Source of the DNA: Phoronis australis
Lineage: Eukaryota > Animalia > Phoronida
Direction: 5' to 3'
DNA: 64,000 nt
Assembly (NCBI GenBank): GCA_002633005.1
Contig: NMRA01000020.1
Coordinates: 764,803-828,802 of the forward strand
The translations under genes were made by a program, and so were the position numbers. This document shows positions 38,776-52,450 of this stretch, piece after piece. Numbering within the stretch: position 1 is the stretch's first letter; every line of letters begins with the position of its first letter. The notes below the pieces were generated by a model, which was not told where the DNA came from, searched no databases, and worked only from the letters and a program-made list of their open reading frames with translations.

Positions 38776-41139
38776 TGTTGTGACTTCTGTGCAACACCGC
38801 CAATGATTGGGTGAGATTAGACTCTTTTGGCCAATGAAGACTGTCGGTTTGTACCTCTCAAGGAATATAGCCAAACTCGCTGACTTCCTGCTTGTCGCTA
38901 GGTGGTAGAACACACGCAGGTATCATTTAACTTTCCTCGAGATTTTTTTACACCGGCGTTTCTGATTGGGTGGTTGAATTCTCAACAGGTAGCACTTTAC
39001 GCAAACAAACTGGCATGACTGATGGAGGAAGTGTGTTGGTATTGAATACAGTGCCCGAGCAGTATTTGATGTCCGGAATCCTCCATAAATGAATATGTCA
39101 AAAAGTACTCCGGAAATTATTTACAGCTGTGGAATAGGCTTTGCATTTCTGATTATCGTCTCACAAAGCAAGTACATGTACTGGAACAGCACGTGTAGAA
39201 AGGACAATTAGTCAAAATCTGGTTTTCGTATTTTTCTAAGGTTGATCAGATTGAAAGATTTTATGAATGGTTAGCCTGTGATTGGAAGTGAGCCAATGTG
39301 GACCTGATGGGTCTTTTAGAGTCGGAATGGTGGGCTGGCATTTTGTTAAACCCAAGCTCTCCGTATCATTTTGCTTCTCAGTGACAAACACCTCTGTGAG
39401 TAAATTAGTTATCAGCTTCAACGCATTTCCTTGGCAAAAAGAGCTGTTGTTTACTAGTGAATTAATAGAGAGTGAGAAGGTTGGTTAAATTTTCTTGTTG
39501 TATTGATGTATGTGTTGCCTATTTTGTATGTTTTTGAAATTGTGATTAATTTAAGCCCCAGTTGTGGCTAGGTAACAAATACTGATCTTGTTGTCTAGCG
39601 TTAGCTTACCTGAAATATTTACTGTTATTGATAATATGAACAGTGGGTATAGAAAATTTTTGTTTTATCATCCAAGTCTTTTTAAATCAGTTTTGTGTGA
39701 AGTTGTGCGAATAGGGAATATTTTGATTGCTGTTCAGTACCTCTTAACTTTTTTGTCATGACATTTTGAACTTGGACTAGTTATGAGTGATGATATACTC
39801 AATGTGGGGGGCTCGAATTCCTAACTATGTAGACCTTTTGCTAACAAATGAGTAGGCAGACTAAAAAAAGCGTGACCACCACTGTGAATGCGCGTTTGTG
39901 TTTCTTTAGTGGACTTTTGTCCCATTTTCTCGGACTTTTTGTCCTCCACTTTGCCAAATAGGGGGCTCGGTCGAGCCCCCCGAGCCCCCTGGGGGCGTGC
40001 GTGGGAGAGTGCGATCGAGTTTACCCTATGCTGGCATGTCTAAGAAATAATGGGATATTCTATAATTATATTACGATTTTGTGGTAGTGATGAATTTCTT
40101 TCTTCTTCTTACATGTGTAACACCCACTACACCAAACAATTGTTTGCATTGCTAGTATCCTGGTGCATTGAACACATGCGAAATTGTTGGGTGGAGGTGA
40201 AACCAGCAGTGAGCTGGGAGCAACATTTTTGTCAATAGTCAGGGGAGCAACCAAAATTTGTGACGATGGGAGGGGCTCAACACCCATGTGGCATACCCCA
40301 TTGGTTTTTACCTATTTAGCACTCCTCCCATGTAACTCCTCTGGGAGGTGGTCAACACCCATTTGGCGCCCACCTGGTTTTTACCTGGTACCCCATTAGC
40401 TGTCACCTGGGGAGAATTACCCTATGAACCCCCAGGAGCAATCATTCAAATTTTGTAGTCCATGGAGATATGAACTGTTATAAGGAAAGATAATTTGCCT
40501 TGTTAAGAACTCAAACATGAAACAAAACCACTTTAATATTGATTAAAATATACATTTTCATTCTCATTCCATTATAAGTGGATGTTAGGTTACGTATTCC
40601 AACCATTTTCAATCACACAGTAATTTTATTGCACGTTGAACGTCATTAAAGTATGAATGAGTGTTTACATTTTTCGGACTGCGTTCCTAAGTAAGTGTTG
40701 ATTATTCACCGCTTGGAGCGCTTAGTGTTTCGACCGGTAACCATTGCGGCGAATGGTAAAATGGCGGAGTGAACTCTCCTGTACTAGTACACTCCTTGGT
40801 ATGAATAACACACTGCTTAAATCGGCCAGCCTGTGTGTTTATTGTACATGTACATGTACATGTATGTGCTTCAAGCACGCGGCTATATATTTAACATTAC
40901 TGCAGAAACGAAATAGTTGCTATTACGCCACTTGCGTGACAAGTCTAATAGTTGTTCATAGTCCGCCGTTTTCTCTCTTTGTTGTAAAGCTAACAAATGA
41001 CTGTCGAGATTACATCAACCAGTGACAAAGTCTGTGCTACTGAATGATACCTGCGTATGATCTCTACACGCAGGGGACCAGCAAGAATGATGCCTGCGTC
41101 AGTGTTATCTACACGCAGGGAACCAGCGAGCATAGCCAA

Positions 41140-41950
41140 AACAGAGACCGTAGAGAGGGAGACGTTTCACCTAACGAAATCCTATTGGACGGCCACTGGC
41201 GGCCATTGTTGTTCCATGGACCGTAGAGACGTCTAGCGGGTGTGTGTGGGAAAAAGGAATATGGCTGATACTCGTGGTCAGTGGTCAAAGAGACAAGATA
41301 TTTTATCTGATCATGTAGTTCATATAGATTTCCCATAGTTAATACCTCTGAGGGTAGTGCTGTGTCAAGTAACTTCAAAACAAGATATGCCGGCTGCAGT
41401 CCCTAAAAAGAGGATCAGAGGAGCTTTTTGCGCTGCAGAAAAACCGGGACTTGCACTCCCCACTGATAAAGACAGGTGAGATATACGAGTGATACAAAGA
41501 ATTCTTTTTGTGAAAATGCTGCCTGTCAACCATTGATGTTGGCAGAGTGATTTGAACTTGTCTTACCTTTAAGTTTCAAGGTTTTATTTGATTACTCAAA
41601 GCAAAATTGTGGTAATCCGTTACATATGGCCGGGATGATGGGTACTAAGTACTTGATTTTAGAGCCAGTTACTCCCAATGAATTACGCCCGTTATTCAGT
41701 GGTAGTAACTGGTTCTCAAATGAATTTTGAGTGAGGGACCCACCTATCAAACTATAACCGAAATTGTCCTGCATGTGTTTCATGACTTAGGGCCTACTGA
41801 TAACTTGTGTTTCTATTCTATGATTGGATCTAAACTGTAATTTCTTTCACTTCTTCAATTCACTTCAGTGTTTATACATTCAGATCCAAGAGATAGGTGA
41901 TAAACAGCAAGTGTGAGGACCTGCTAAGGAGAAATGCTGTGATGTTAACT
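41140..41950 (+). mobile_element. Left end and spliced THAP remnant of a DNA transposon (related to 42921-45268)
   Basis: 41140-41250 resembles 42921-43028. Exon-like 41401-41475 reads PKKRIRGAFCAA..PTDKDR|GTGAG, and 41884-41950 reads AG|..SKR*VINSKCEDLL. Confidence 0.5.
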
Positions 41951-42499
41951 TGTTCCAGTACAGTGCTGTAGTGGTAAAATTAGAGGTAAGTAGGCACCTA
42001 AAGCCCACCGTATCACATTGAGCACTGAACGTAACTTACGGTGCGTAGGTGCTGATTTCAAATGCCAAAAGGTGGTTGGCTGCGCCTACGCCCCACTACA
42101 GCACTGGTCCAGTAGACTAGTATGGGTTTAGTTAGGTCTTTACTGTGATGGGCATTCATTGTACTTTGAAGGACCTATAGTCCGAAGGGTCATTACTTGA
42201 AAAATATATCAATCAGGTGTAACATTACTCTGATGGGTTATTACTTAGCTGCAATAATGGGAAAGAGTGAGTGACGCTGCATAGAGAATATTGCTGATGC
42301 CACATATTTTTCCTTCATGTTGTATTTGTTATAATATAAATGATATTTTTCCAGCCAATAGATCACAGCTACACCACGAATGAGCCCAGTGAAACACCCC
42401 CATCTGCTGAGCACCATGCAGTGCTGCTTTAGTAAAGCTCTTAGGTGAGGTAATAGGACATATTTGATAATGACCATAATTTCATCCTCCATGACTGAT

Positions 42500-42645
42500 G
42501 GTTTTGTTATACCTATTGTATTGCTACCTGAAGCTCACCTCTCTACTTACTATAGTTATAAAAAAGCGGACTATGTTGTTATATCTATTGTATTGCTACT
42601 TGAAGCTAACCTCTCTACTTACTGTAGTTATAAAAAAGCGGACTG
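42500..42645. repeat. 72-bp tandem duplication
   Basis: gttata(c/t)ctattgtattgctac..gaagct.acctctctacttact.tagttataaaaaagcggact occurs twice. Confidence 0.9.
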
Positions 42646-42920
42646 CTGAAAATCAGAGGATGAGTCTTGAGCCAGGCTGTTTGTTAAAAATCTGGGTGTG
42701 GACAAGTAGACAGTTGTAGGTAGTTAACATGTGTAGATGTATTTTTGTATTCATTCATTTCAGAAAGTTATTAACTTGCATGAGAAAGTAAGTCAAGTGG
42801 GGATGCCGAAAAGTCTGCACCCAGCGGTCCCTATTGTGCCAGTGACTGTAGAGGGAATTGTCAGTGGTGCTGTCGGATTAGGCATGGCGCCATTAACTTC
42901 AGCATCTTTGGTGCAACTAT

Positions 42921-45268
42921 CAGAGACCGTTGATATGGAGACAGTCCACCTTGCGAAATCCCATCGGATGGCCACTGGTGGACATTGTTGTTTCATGGAC
43001 TGTAGACACGTCTAGCGAGTGTGCGTGCAATAAACAAATGTGGCAAGATATCACGGCTCCCGTCAGTAAAAAAAGCAATGGTGCTTTTTGCACTGCCTAC
43101 GGCTGCAGCAGCAGTTAATTGAAAATTCGTGACTCATGCTTTTTTGCTTCCCCAATGATTAAGATAGGTGATGTTCATGATTGAAACAGAGGATATTTCT
43201 GCGTGAATCTCTTGCCAGTCATTCAGTGATGGATTGGGTGTCTTTACTGTTTCCTGCATTTGATTGCTGATATAGAAAATTGTCATAAATTGTTTGTCTG
43301 ATTTTGGAAACTACTGATTAGTTTATTCTATGCCCATTGATGCTTCTAATTACTTTTTTCATATCGTTCTGCAGTCTCAATACATTCAGATCTAAAAGAT
43401 AATTATATTTATTATTATTTACTAATTACTTATTGTTTTTTATCTTATATTTATTTTTATATCTATTCTTGATTATTTATTATTGTTTATTTGCTATTAC
43501 TTATTTAAATTATTTCTTGTGATCCCATGCAGTCAACATCCTGGCTGTCGTTGATCAATAATCTGTATAATATGATCATGATATGTAGTTCAGTGCACAA
43601 TAACTATTATGTTTATGGTTTGGTAACCTACTTGATTATTTGCCATTAGGAAGTGGTGAAGGAAGTGTTCTTTTAAAGGCACATTGAGCCATACATTTGT
43701 GGACACTTCGGTGGTATGTGTATTACCTTGGAAACTTGTTACACTTCAGTGACGATGTTGTTTGTTTAGATTTTTGTTTTGACATGGGTTTTAAAACATC
43801 AAGTCAAGAAATAAGGCGTCGTTATGTTATTTACTATGAAGTTGGCCTGCCAAGGCAGGCTGAATATGCCTTTAACTAACTGCTGATAGTTGATTTAAAA
43901 ATGTGAGTGATTTATGAGAGCTGGAAAGCATAGTAAAAATATCCAAAATGGATTGCATATTCAATAGGCATCTTGGCTGTTTTATGGGGGCATACAAGGC
44001 AGATTTACTGGACTTCAGGCAGGAATTCCATCTCTTGCAGGTTTGGAACCCGTACCCCTCTTGCCTCCAGTTTCATTCACCACAACCCACCCCAATGCGC
44101 TACCCATTTCAGATACCATCGGGCACGGATGCTTGGGGTCCAGTGAATCAGTCCCAAGTAGCGACTCCACTGTTGCCTAAAACTACTACGTTTTTGGGAG
44201 TTTTCTACGTTGAATTCTCAATGATTGAAAATAAGTAGGGATCTTTTCATGCAATGCACCTAATTTAAGGACTAAGTCCCTAAATGTTTTGACTGAATTA
44301 AGAGCTCAGTTTTTAGTTATATTATTATAAAACATCATAAGTCAAAAGAGGAGTTCATAATAAAGATAAAATGATAGAAAAATATAAAAACTGTGAGCAA
44401 AGAACAAAAAAATGCCTAAAAGATTTACCAACTCAGTTGAGTACAAGCAGATCCAGGGTGGCAGGTTAAAGGGGTCTGGACTCCCCATTTTCCTTGATCG
44501 TAGTGATATCAATGCTAGAATTTTCAAATTGTTGACTTGGGCCACCTTTCTTAAAAATCATTATCCGACCCTCCCTTTAAAAAATCCTGGATATGACCCT
44601 GTTGGGTCGATATTTGGGGCAGTTTCATGTAAATGGGCGCAGACACAACTGCTTGAATCTAGAATGTCTTTAAGATGTGAATTTTCGAAAGAAAGATCTA
44701 CTAATTTCTCCATTTTATTTTTAAAACAAAGTTTGTGTGTTAAAAGCTTACATAATTAATTGTTAATTAATTGATATTAACACCTGGAATATTGGGGGAA
44801 GAAAGCTATCTCTGCCCCCAACCTTTCAATTGGTTGAGGGGCATCCCCCACTCCTATCTCTTCTTCAGAAGATCCATTTGATGTTTATTACGTTCCTGAC
44901 CCCCCCCCCAGACAAAATCCTACAGGTTCGGTACCTGCACATTCTCCAATAACCTACTTTCATCTGTTCAGCTCTTATTACTGAGTCTCCCTCTTGCTTA
45001 TGATTTATTTCTCGTAATTTATATTACCTTTGCTGCCCAAATTTTTTCTTGGTTTACTCTATATTTTGCCTATGTGTATTTTTCCATTGCAGTGCTCGTG
45101 TTTTTTGTTTTCAATATTTTAAACAAAGACACTTTACTGACAATTTTGAATTTGACAAACTAAGATCGGCCATAGTGAATGCCTTGCGTACTTCGTCGGC
45201 CCACACACACCCGCTAGGTGTCGCCACGGTCCATGACACAATAATGGCGGCGGCCTTGGTGAATAGTC
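42921..45268 (+). mobile_element. THAP-bearing DNA transposon remnant with ~70-bp degenerate TIRs
   Basis: The reverse complement of 45198-45262 (ggccgccgccattattgtgtcatggaccgtggcgacacctagcgggtgtgtgtggg) resembles 42970-43028 and 41191-41250. 43070-43168 reads KKSNGAFCTAYGCSS...FF.FPND.DR|GT, a THAP N-half. Confidence 0.55.
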
Positions 45269-46069
45269 TTGTTAGCGTCTTTGGCCAAAACGAGTTCTGT
45301 AATATTGAGATACTGAAGTACTTTCATATGACGTAGACAAAGAATTGCGATTCGATTATCGAATCGAAATCGTTGCAGCCCTACTGCCTAGCTGGTAGGG
45401 CGTACATTGTACATTAAAGTCATCTAGACGTATTACAATAATTTCGAAAGCTTACAATGTCCTTAAAATATTTCCCAGTGATCAAGCACCGCCTGAAATC
45501 GTGCACCTAGGACAAATGACAGATACGTATTTTGACACTGGGTCAATGAAAATGTGTCACATCAGGTCCTTTTGAACTGTCACAAAATCTTTCTGAAACT
45601 TCGTCGTTTTTCAGCCGAATTACTTAAGACTCGCATCATTAGAAAGCCTTTCATCATTTCAAGAAGATGCGTGATTGTACCAGAAGGAAAAGATAAGTAA
45701 TCCACTTCCTAAATAATTATTATTTTGCATACCTGACAGGCTTAAAAATATTTTTTAATTCTAACAACCTAGAGAGATACCAAAATTAAAAAATAACAAT
45801 AATGAAATCTTTCATGTAATAACTGGGTGATCGATTATTAGTTAATTAGTGAGTTAATTAATTTCAAATGTCAATTAGTTTAGGGTGCTCTGGTAACACA
45901 AGGACAATGGGACCTGTCCGCTTCCATACAGAGAGGTTACAAAAATTAAAGTAGCAGTTTCAATGATTCAAAAGATTGCTACCGGATACATACACAGATT
46001 ATAGAATATGAATCCCTCACAGTTGCTGTGAGGAATTGAATCACATTTTCCAAAGTTTTCATCTAATTA

Positions 46070-46072
<3 letters not shown>

Positions 46073-46136
<64 letters not shown>

Positions 46137-46163
46137 ATATGTATATGTATATGTATATGTATA
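46073..46163. repeat. (TA)n microsatellite followed by (ATATGT)n
   Basis: Direct inspection. Confidence 0.97.
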
Positions 46164-47056
46164 TTAATCGGATGATTAGTGACGTATGACAAATTACACG
46201 TATTTGCCTGCTGAGTTACATTTCATTCAGCTACACGTGTCTACGGGAAACAAAGTGGAGACAACCTTTTGTGAAATGTGTTTTGCTGCTGGCTCATGAG
46301 TGTTTGAACTTTTGCGTGTAGTGTTCATCTTGTAAAAAATTGTTTTTACATTTGTAGGTGGTGCATTGGAGGTACCTCAGCTTGTTCCTGTGAACGGCGT
46401 TGTCAAACACAGGAAGTGCTGAGGTTCTTCGAGTCGTCTGGCATAGGCCTAACACTCGTGGAGGAGGGTTGGAGGGCAGTGTTACCCTCTACGTGAAACA
46501 CTTTGCGTTGTAAATTTGAATCGGGGTGGGGGGTGAGGGTCTGGTGAATGAGAAGTGGACAAAATTGATGTGGCCTCGGTTAGAGCGCTCGCGTTTTCTT
46601 TGTTTCCCCTCCTCCCTCCCCCCTTTAGGTAAACGTTGACTCGCATTCAGTTTAGTCTAAATCAGTATATGGAAATTGGGTGAAATTCAAGAAGGTGGAT
46701 ATTGAATTATAAAAAATGCTCATGTTGCCAATTTGTCCCCTAACGCCATGCAACAAGTTTCCAAATGAAAACCTTACAGTAAATAACATTACAGGGTCAA
46801 CTAGACTGTTTAGAAATGTCCCAATTCCCGTTAGGCTGTCCTCATGGGATTTACACCATACAATGCCAATGGCTGAAGGAACAATAATGTTCGTTGAACA
46901 AAGAGCTACTAGTAATAAGGCGGAGGTATATGTCTATATTTTGACAGAAATGTAACTCAGTATACAAGGTAATTAAACCCCGTATCTGATTAATATTTTA
47001 CATCAACCCATTTCTATAAAGATCTGAAAACCTATTGTCGAAAATCTTGGTTCATT

Positions 47057-47676
47057 TTAAATTAGGAAACACGAATAATTAGTTACAGCAAATACGTTTC
47101 CAGCTTTAATCTGCACTTCTTTCTTTGAGAACAACAGACACCCTTTATTTGCAGCTTTAAGTGTTTTTGCATGACAATTCTGCTCCAGAAAAGTCTTGAA
47201 AGCTCTGTTTTCATCCAAAGCAACCAACATCATGTCTCTCCCTTCAGAGTTTTGAAGCAGTTGGCATAAGATGACCTTGGCGCATTCCAAGTCGTCAGCA
47301 AACAATGGCCCAATCCTATCTGTAAACTTGTGAGTGGTATCCATGACACCGTATCCCACTATTTTTCCTTTTTTCAAAGCCACTGCCGATACAACCCCAG
47401 GGATGGTAAGATATCCATGCACAATACTTGAAAAGCCTCGTGGAGCTATGTCTTGATCGTATTCCTCTAAGTCGCCACAGTTGATCTCGTCTAAGTTGCG
47501 GATCTGAAAGTCAGCATTGCAAAACAAAGTGAGCTCTAGAAACTTGCCTCGATATTCGGTCATCTCCCCAGTGACGGTTACGAACCCTTTCTTAAGAGGT
47601 ACTTGACTTCTAGCGCAGCTTATGGCGAAGTTCCTGGTACCAGAAAACCCATTCCTTAGTTGCATCAAATGCCTTC
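47057..47676 (-). CDS. Tandem-GNAT N-acetyltransferase (YitH/HolE-like C-terminal domain), exon 3 (last)
   Basis: Acceptor tcttttcaAG at 47678-47677, phase 1. Reads G|RHLMQLRN...RNFAI...YD...R...GKIVGYGV...RIGPLFADD..A..IL..L, typical of two-domain GNATs. Stop TAA at 47059-47057. Confidence 0.88.
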
Positions 47677-48312
47677 CTTGAAAAGATACGTTAAAACTAT
47701 AACCAGTTTGAAATTACAATTGTGACTATGACGAACTCAGGCAGCCATGAGTCTATGATTTTGACAGTGTGTTTGTAAAACCCACAAACCTTCAAAGCGG
47801 ATGCTTTATGTCTCATAGTGCTAGGGGTTCCAAACGAAAAGGAACGAGTGGTGTTTGTAGTGCAGAGCTCCGAATGTCAAGCCTAAATTAGGGCATTCAA
47901 AGGTTGGGACCTTAGTTGGAGAGGGCGAGAGTCCACCGTGCTCCCATACAGTATATTTGAATGTCAACATACAGACTGAGATTCATTCAATGATTCCAGT
48001 ACCGAGTTTACCGAGTTAAAAACCTGTAGATGGGCACCGTACAAAATAGGGACCTCCCTACTCTGCAGAGGCAACCTCCTTGTAAAACTTGAAAGTGCAG
48101 TAGGGGAAAACCATGGAGACCACGGAAATAAAAGAACACTTATAATTTATAGGACTATAAATACCCCTTTCATGTTTCAGACACCTGCAGGTTGGACAGT
48201 GACTTCAGTCGACTATTGATTCCTTTTCCATTGGTTCTCCAGAGCTGCAAATCACCGAGAGTTAAACGTAGCAACAGAAAATGAAATGATTTCGGCAGGC
48301 GGCGGGAATTAA

Positions 48313-49689
48313 AGGCGAAGGCAACCTTTTTCCATGTCATTTTGAGCTAAAATAAGGTTGGTTGGTTATCCTAGACACATTTTCCACTTTATTACAGCTT
48401 TTCGTAATTATATAAATTACTCGTCTGCTACTCCGGAAGTGACGATTTAGGAGGCAAGCGTTTCCCGCCACTTGGTTTTGCGTTGACTTTACCGTGCGAA
48501 TCGGTTCTATTCAACTTTTGGTTTGGGCTGTTTTTCAACAACTGTCGCCACCACTTTCGATCGGCGAGTATTCTGCGGCAAGATAGGTTAGTAGAGAACT
48601 CAACTACGTTGGATTTAGGGATTGTTTAGTGTGTTGTAAGCTGAAAATGGCTGGAGTCGGTGACCTGTATCATAGTGACAGTAGTGTGAGTGACGGAGAC
48701 CTTGTTCANNNNNNNNNNNNNNNNNNNNNNNNNNNNNNNNNNNNNNNNNNNNNNNNNNNNNNNNNNNNNNNNNNNNNNNNNNNNNNNNNNNNNNNNNNNN
48801 NNNNNNNNNNNNNNNNNNNNNNNNNNNNNNNNNNNNNNNNNNNNNNNNNNNNNNNNNNNNNNNNNNNNNNNNNNNNNNNNNNNNNNNNNNNNNNNNNNNN
48901 NNNNNNNNNNNNNNNNNNNNNNNNNNNNNNNNNNNNNNNNNNNNNNNNNNNNNNNNNNNNNNNNNNNNNNNNNNNNNNNNNNNNNNNNNNNNNNNNNNNN
49001 NNNNNNNNNNNNNNNNNNNNNNNNNNNNNNNNNNNNNNNNNNNNNNNNNNNNNNNNNNNNNNNNNNNNNNNNNNNNNNNNNNTCGCGAGGCTTCTCGCTT
49101 CAAAAACGCACTTCTCGGGGGTGGCGACGGGGCACTGCCGGGAATCAACACAGACGGAATGGCATCCTTCTTCAGACATTGTTTCGCAGGGACCTTCATC
49201 AGTTCAGCGTACAAATCCCTTTCGTAATCGGACGGCAGAAAGTGTTTGCCACTCACACGGTAATTCTCCACTGCTTTGTACGTTGCGTGGACGGGTAACG
49301 CTGCGTTCTTCACACGAACGGGCCAAGCACGGCGAATTTTTTCATCCACCGGAAAGCGTTGCAAAGGTACTCCCAAAGCGTGCGTGAGCCGATAATTAGT
49401 ACATCCTGGTACGCAGCAACAGTGTGGCATGTTGACTGACTAGTAAGTGAAAGCAAACGACGACGGAACTTAACACAACCGACGTAGAACTGACTCGGCA
49501 GCTCTCACAGTCAGACTATATGAAAAGAAATTGGCGCGAAATGCTTGCCTCCTAAAACGTCACTTCCGGAGTAGCGGACGAGTAATTAATAAAATTACGA
49601 AAAGCTGTAATTAAGTGGAAAATATGTCTAGGATAACCAACCAACCTTATTTTAGCTCAAAATGACATGGAAAAAGTTTGCCTTCGCCT
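48313..49689 (-). mobile_element. Kolobok family 2, copy A (internally deleted, spans a gap), in GNAT intron 2
   Basis: TTAA|AGGCGAAGGCAA...TTGCCTTCGCCT|TTAA with ~158-bp TIRs. THAP ORF from ATG 49430 (minus) and KolX start ATG 48647 (plus). Confidence 0.9.
49084..49430 (-). pseudogene. THAP domain of Kolobok transposase (copy A)
   Basis: MPHCCCVPGCTN...LQRFP...RRAW...YRVSGKHF...LKKDAIPS. The third Cys is replaced by Ser. Confidence 0.85.
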
Positions 49690-49954
49690 TTAAGATTGAT
49701 TATTTGGGGTGTCAAGAGGATCCTGGACTAAGAGACGCTTCAAAGAAAGAAAGTTTGCTGTAAATTGAAGAAAATTGAGTACAGCGTATGTCACACAAGG
49801 ACTGTACAAATGTTGTGTTAATGAGGGAATGTCGGGGACGACACTCGTATCAGCCAGAGGTTAGTTGCTCCCACGTGCTGACTCTTGACGATAACAAATT
49901 ATTGTAACGAAACAATGACGTGTCGCAATCGGAAATGCATGCGTGTACACTTAC

Positions 49955-50041
49955 CTACACCTATTCCTCTGAATTTTCTTTTCACATTGAGTAATCCTCC
50001 AAAGCAAAACTCTGAATCAAGAACTTTTGCCAGTACAGTGC
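49955..50041 (-). CDS. GNAT acetyltransferase exon 2 (87 bp, phase 1-1; acetyl-CoA-binding motif A)
   Basis: tttttcttacAG|GC ACT GTA... reads GTVLAKVLDSEFCFGGLLNVKRKFRGIGVG|GTAAGT. It carries the RxxGxG motif and joins exons 1 and 3 in frame. Confidence 0.88.
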
Positions 50042-51029
50042 CTGTAAGAAAAATTGGTGAAATGTTTGCGAACAGCCGATTTAAGACGAATAATGTCACC
50101 TCAAACTATTCAAAACTGTCCCACATACTTCTTATCTGAGTACTATGTCGTGCAACATCTCAGCTCTGTTTTTCTATCATGTTTTTATTTTGTTCCCACG
50201 ATGGAATCTTTTTTTCGTGATATTCTGCGTAAAAATGAAAGCTGTGTCAAAAAATGAAAGGCGCAGAACTTAGCCACCATTTTGGTTGGAGCCGGTTTCA
50301 GTCTCGTGCACCAAAACTTACTTTTTCACTTGAAATTAGTTTCAGGTGAACATGTTTTTGCAGTTAGATACTTTATGTTCACAAAGCAACAGAAAAAAGA
50401 CATCGTTTTCATGGACGCCCTCGCTTTGAAAAAGGAAGAACCTGTTCCAACCAGCCCGTGTTATGCGAACTTGGCCCCGTTATTCGTTGTTTATTAAACG
50501 TTATGTAAAGTGTCTGTGTTTAGACAAATATCTATCAAACTACTAAGTGTTCGTTGTGAAAGTATGTACGTTTTGAAGTCAGAAAATTTGTACATATTTG
50601 ATTTTTACTTTTATACTAACCTCCCATGAATTGGGTTACTTGGCCATGCAAAAAACAAAAGTACATTCATAGAAAAAACAACCACGATATCAAGAACAAG
50701 ACCAAATTTCATCTGAAGCAAATGTTCACGGTGAAATCTTAGAGATGCTGTTACGGTCTTCTACATTGTCATTTTGAGATGCATGTATTACATTTCGGTG
50801 TTATCCATATTTGCACGATTTTTTACGGTCCTACACAGCCTAAGCCTTGTCTTAGACAGTGTCGAACATTGTCCACTGCCACCAAAATAAGCAGATTTGG
50901 GATTCAAGTGTGATTTTGATTGGCAATTACCCGAACCTGTAAACGTACAAGTATCTAGAACTCGGTGCACTTCGGACACTTTTAAAGCACATAATTGAGA
51001 GTTGAATTATTAATTAGTTGCGCATTTCT

Positions 51030-51900
51030 TGTGCTCAGAGGTTCTGCTTTTCTGTTGCCTTAATGGTTCACCGAAATATTATTTATCATATTCACAGGTT
51101 GAGTGGAGTGATCCTTTTCCAATGCCTCTTCTTGGTTTGACGTTGGCCAGTCGTCGACCGACGGTGGCTACAGTTCACGTATGCCGTTCTTATTTTGAAT
51201 TTTTTAGATGCGTTCTAGTTTTTCAGAGGCTCCAGGCAGGCCAGCTGTGTGGAAGGGTCTTCTTCTACCTTTTCAAAGATTCCAGGCAGGCCAGCAGTGT
51301 GGAAGGGTCTTCTGTACCTTTTCCTTTCTCTGTGATGTTTTTGCCGATGATGCTTTTTGTGCGTGACCATTCACTCGCGACAATTCTGACATCAGTCAAC
51401 ATGAAACCGAATAAAAATGCTGGGAGAAGGCTGTTTGCAAGTGTCCCAGCGCCAGATGTAACCTACTATCACAACATAGATCAAAACTGAAGAATGATCA
51501 AACAATAACTGAGAACACAATTCTCGGACCTTGTTTTGATATCATACTGTGTATAGACTATTTACTTCCAGTTCCAAGACACGTGCTATGAGCAGACCCA
51601 GTGTATGACAATGGGTTCACCATGATCAACAGTCTTGCCGAAACTGTACATGTACATGGAGAGGTTTGAGCAAAGAGCACTCACATGAACCAGTAAGTCC
51701 CCAAAATGTAGAATGGTTATGTGGATGACACGTTTAAAATACACACGGCCAGATGATCTAGAGGTATTTCTTAACCACCTAGGCGGTATAGCGCCTACGA
51801 TAAGATTCACTATTAAATTGGAAACTAACGACAGCCTGGCATGGTGTGCTGGGGATCGGAGATGGAGGGTAATTAGCAAATCAGTCTACTACAATTACAT
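51030..51900. mobile_element. Old Penelope-like fragments in GNAT intron 1 (minus-strand linker/EN piece at about 51030-51480; plus-strand RT piece at about 51600-51900)
   Basis: Plus strand: MGSP*S...LYM(YM)ERFEQRAL, YVDDT, FLNHL..I.PTIRFT..E...L. Minus strand: KKFKIRTAY, TVGRRLANVK, YFGE. Confidence 0.65.
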
Positions 51901-51999
51901 TCACACTGGAACGTGTTGTGCCCATACAACATTTGCAAACGTATGATAATTGTTTGAAAAAGACTTATCATTGCATCCACATCTTATAATATTTTCCTC

Positions 52000-52450
52000 T
52001 GTACCTGAAATTTACCAAATTGCGCGAAATTGTCCGTACCAGTGGGCACGTTGAATTTTCTTTTTTTTTTCGTGAATAATTCCACTGCAATGTACTTGAC
52101 GTCGTTCAACAATCCAGCGAGCAGCGGATAAATTTTGAAGTTTGATGCATCCCTGCCCAGACCACCAAGCAGTTGGTACCTGCATGTCATCAGTGGTATC
52201 GTGGTAAATGAAGGTATCAGTGCGCATGAGTACGAATCTGTTGGGAACAAGATCATTGAGATAATCATTGAACATTTCCCATCAAACAAAGGAGAATCTT
52301 GCCACTCTGGAAGGTGTCACCACTGTCGCAGTAGCTCCTTACAGCTGAGGTCCACGGATATTGTCTAGCTCGTCAAATTTCCGAGTGGTGCTCCGGTCCA
52401 GTGAATCATTTCTCGTAGATAGGCAGACTTAGATACCTAGCCCAAACCCA
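52000..52450 (-). pseudogene. Highly decayed LINE RT fragment
   Basis: MFNDYLNDL...DTFIYHD resembles LFNxYINDL...ADDTxIY. Confidence 0.35.

Larger units (their letters stand above)
36526..45383 (-). mobile_element. hAT (Ac/ZBED1-like) transposon with several nested insertions
   Basis: TIRs AGGGCTGCAATGATT (36527) and AATCGTTGCAGCCCTA (ending 45383), with subterminal CGATTCGAT repeats. Internal BED-finger and dimerization-domain remnants. The 8-bp flanks (gtgcccgc / ctgcctag) match only partly. Confidence 0.65.

Noticed and set aside
46568-46600. tRNA/SINE A-box-like TGGCCTCGGTTAGAGCG
   Set aside because: No B box or cloverleaf follows.
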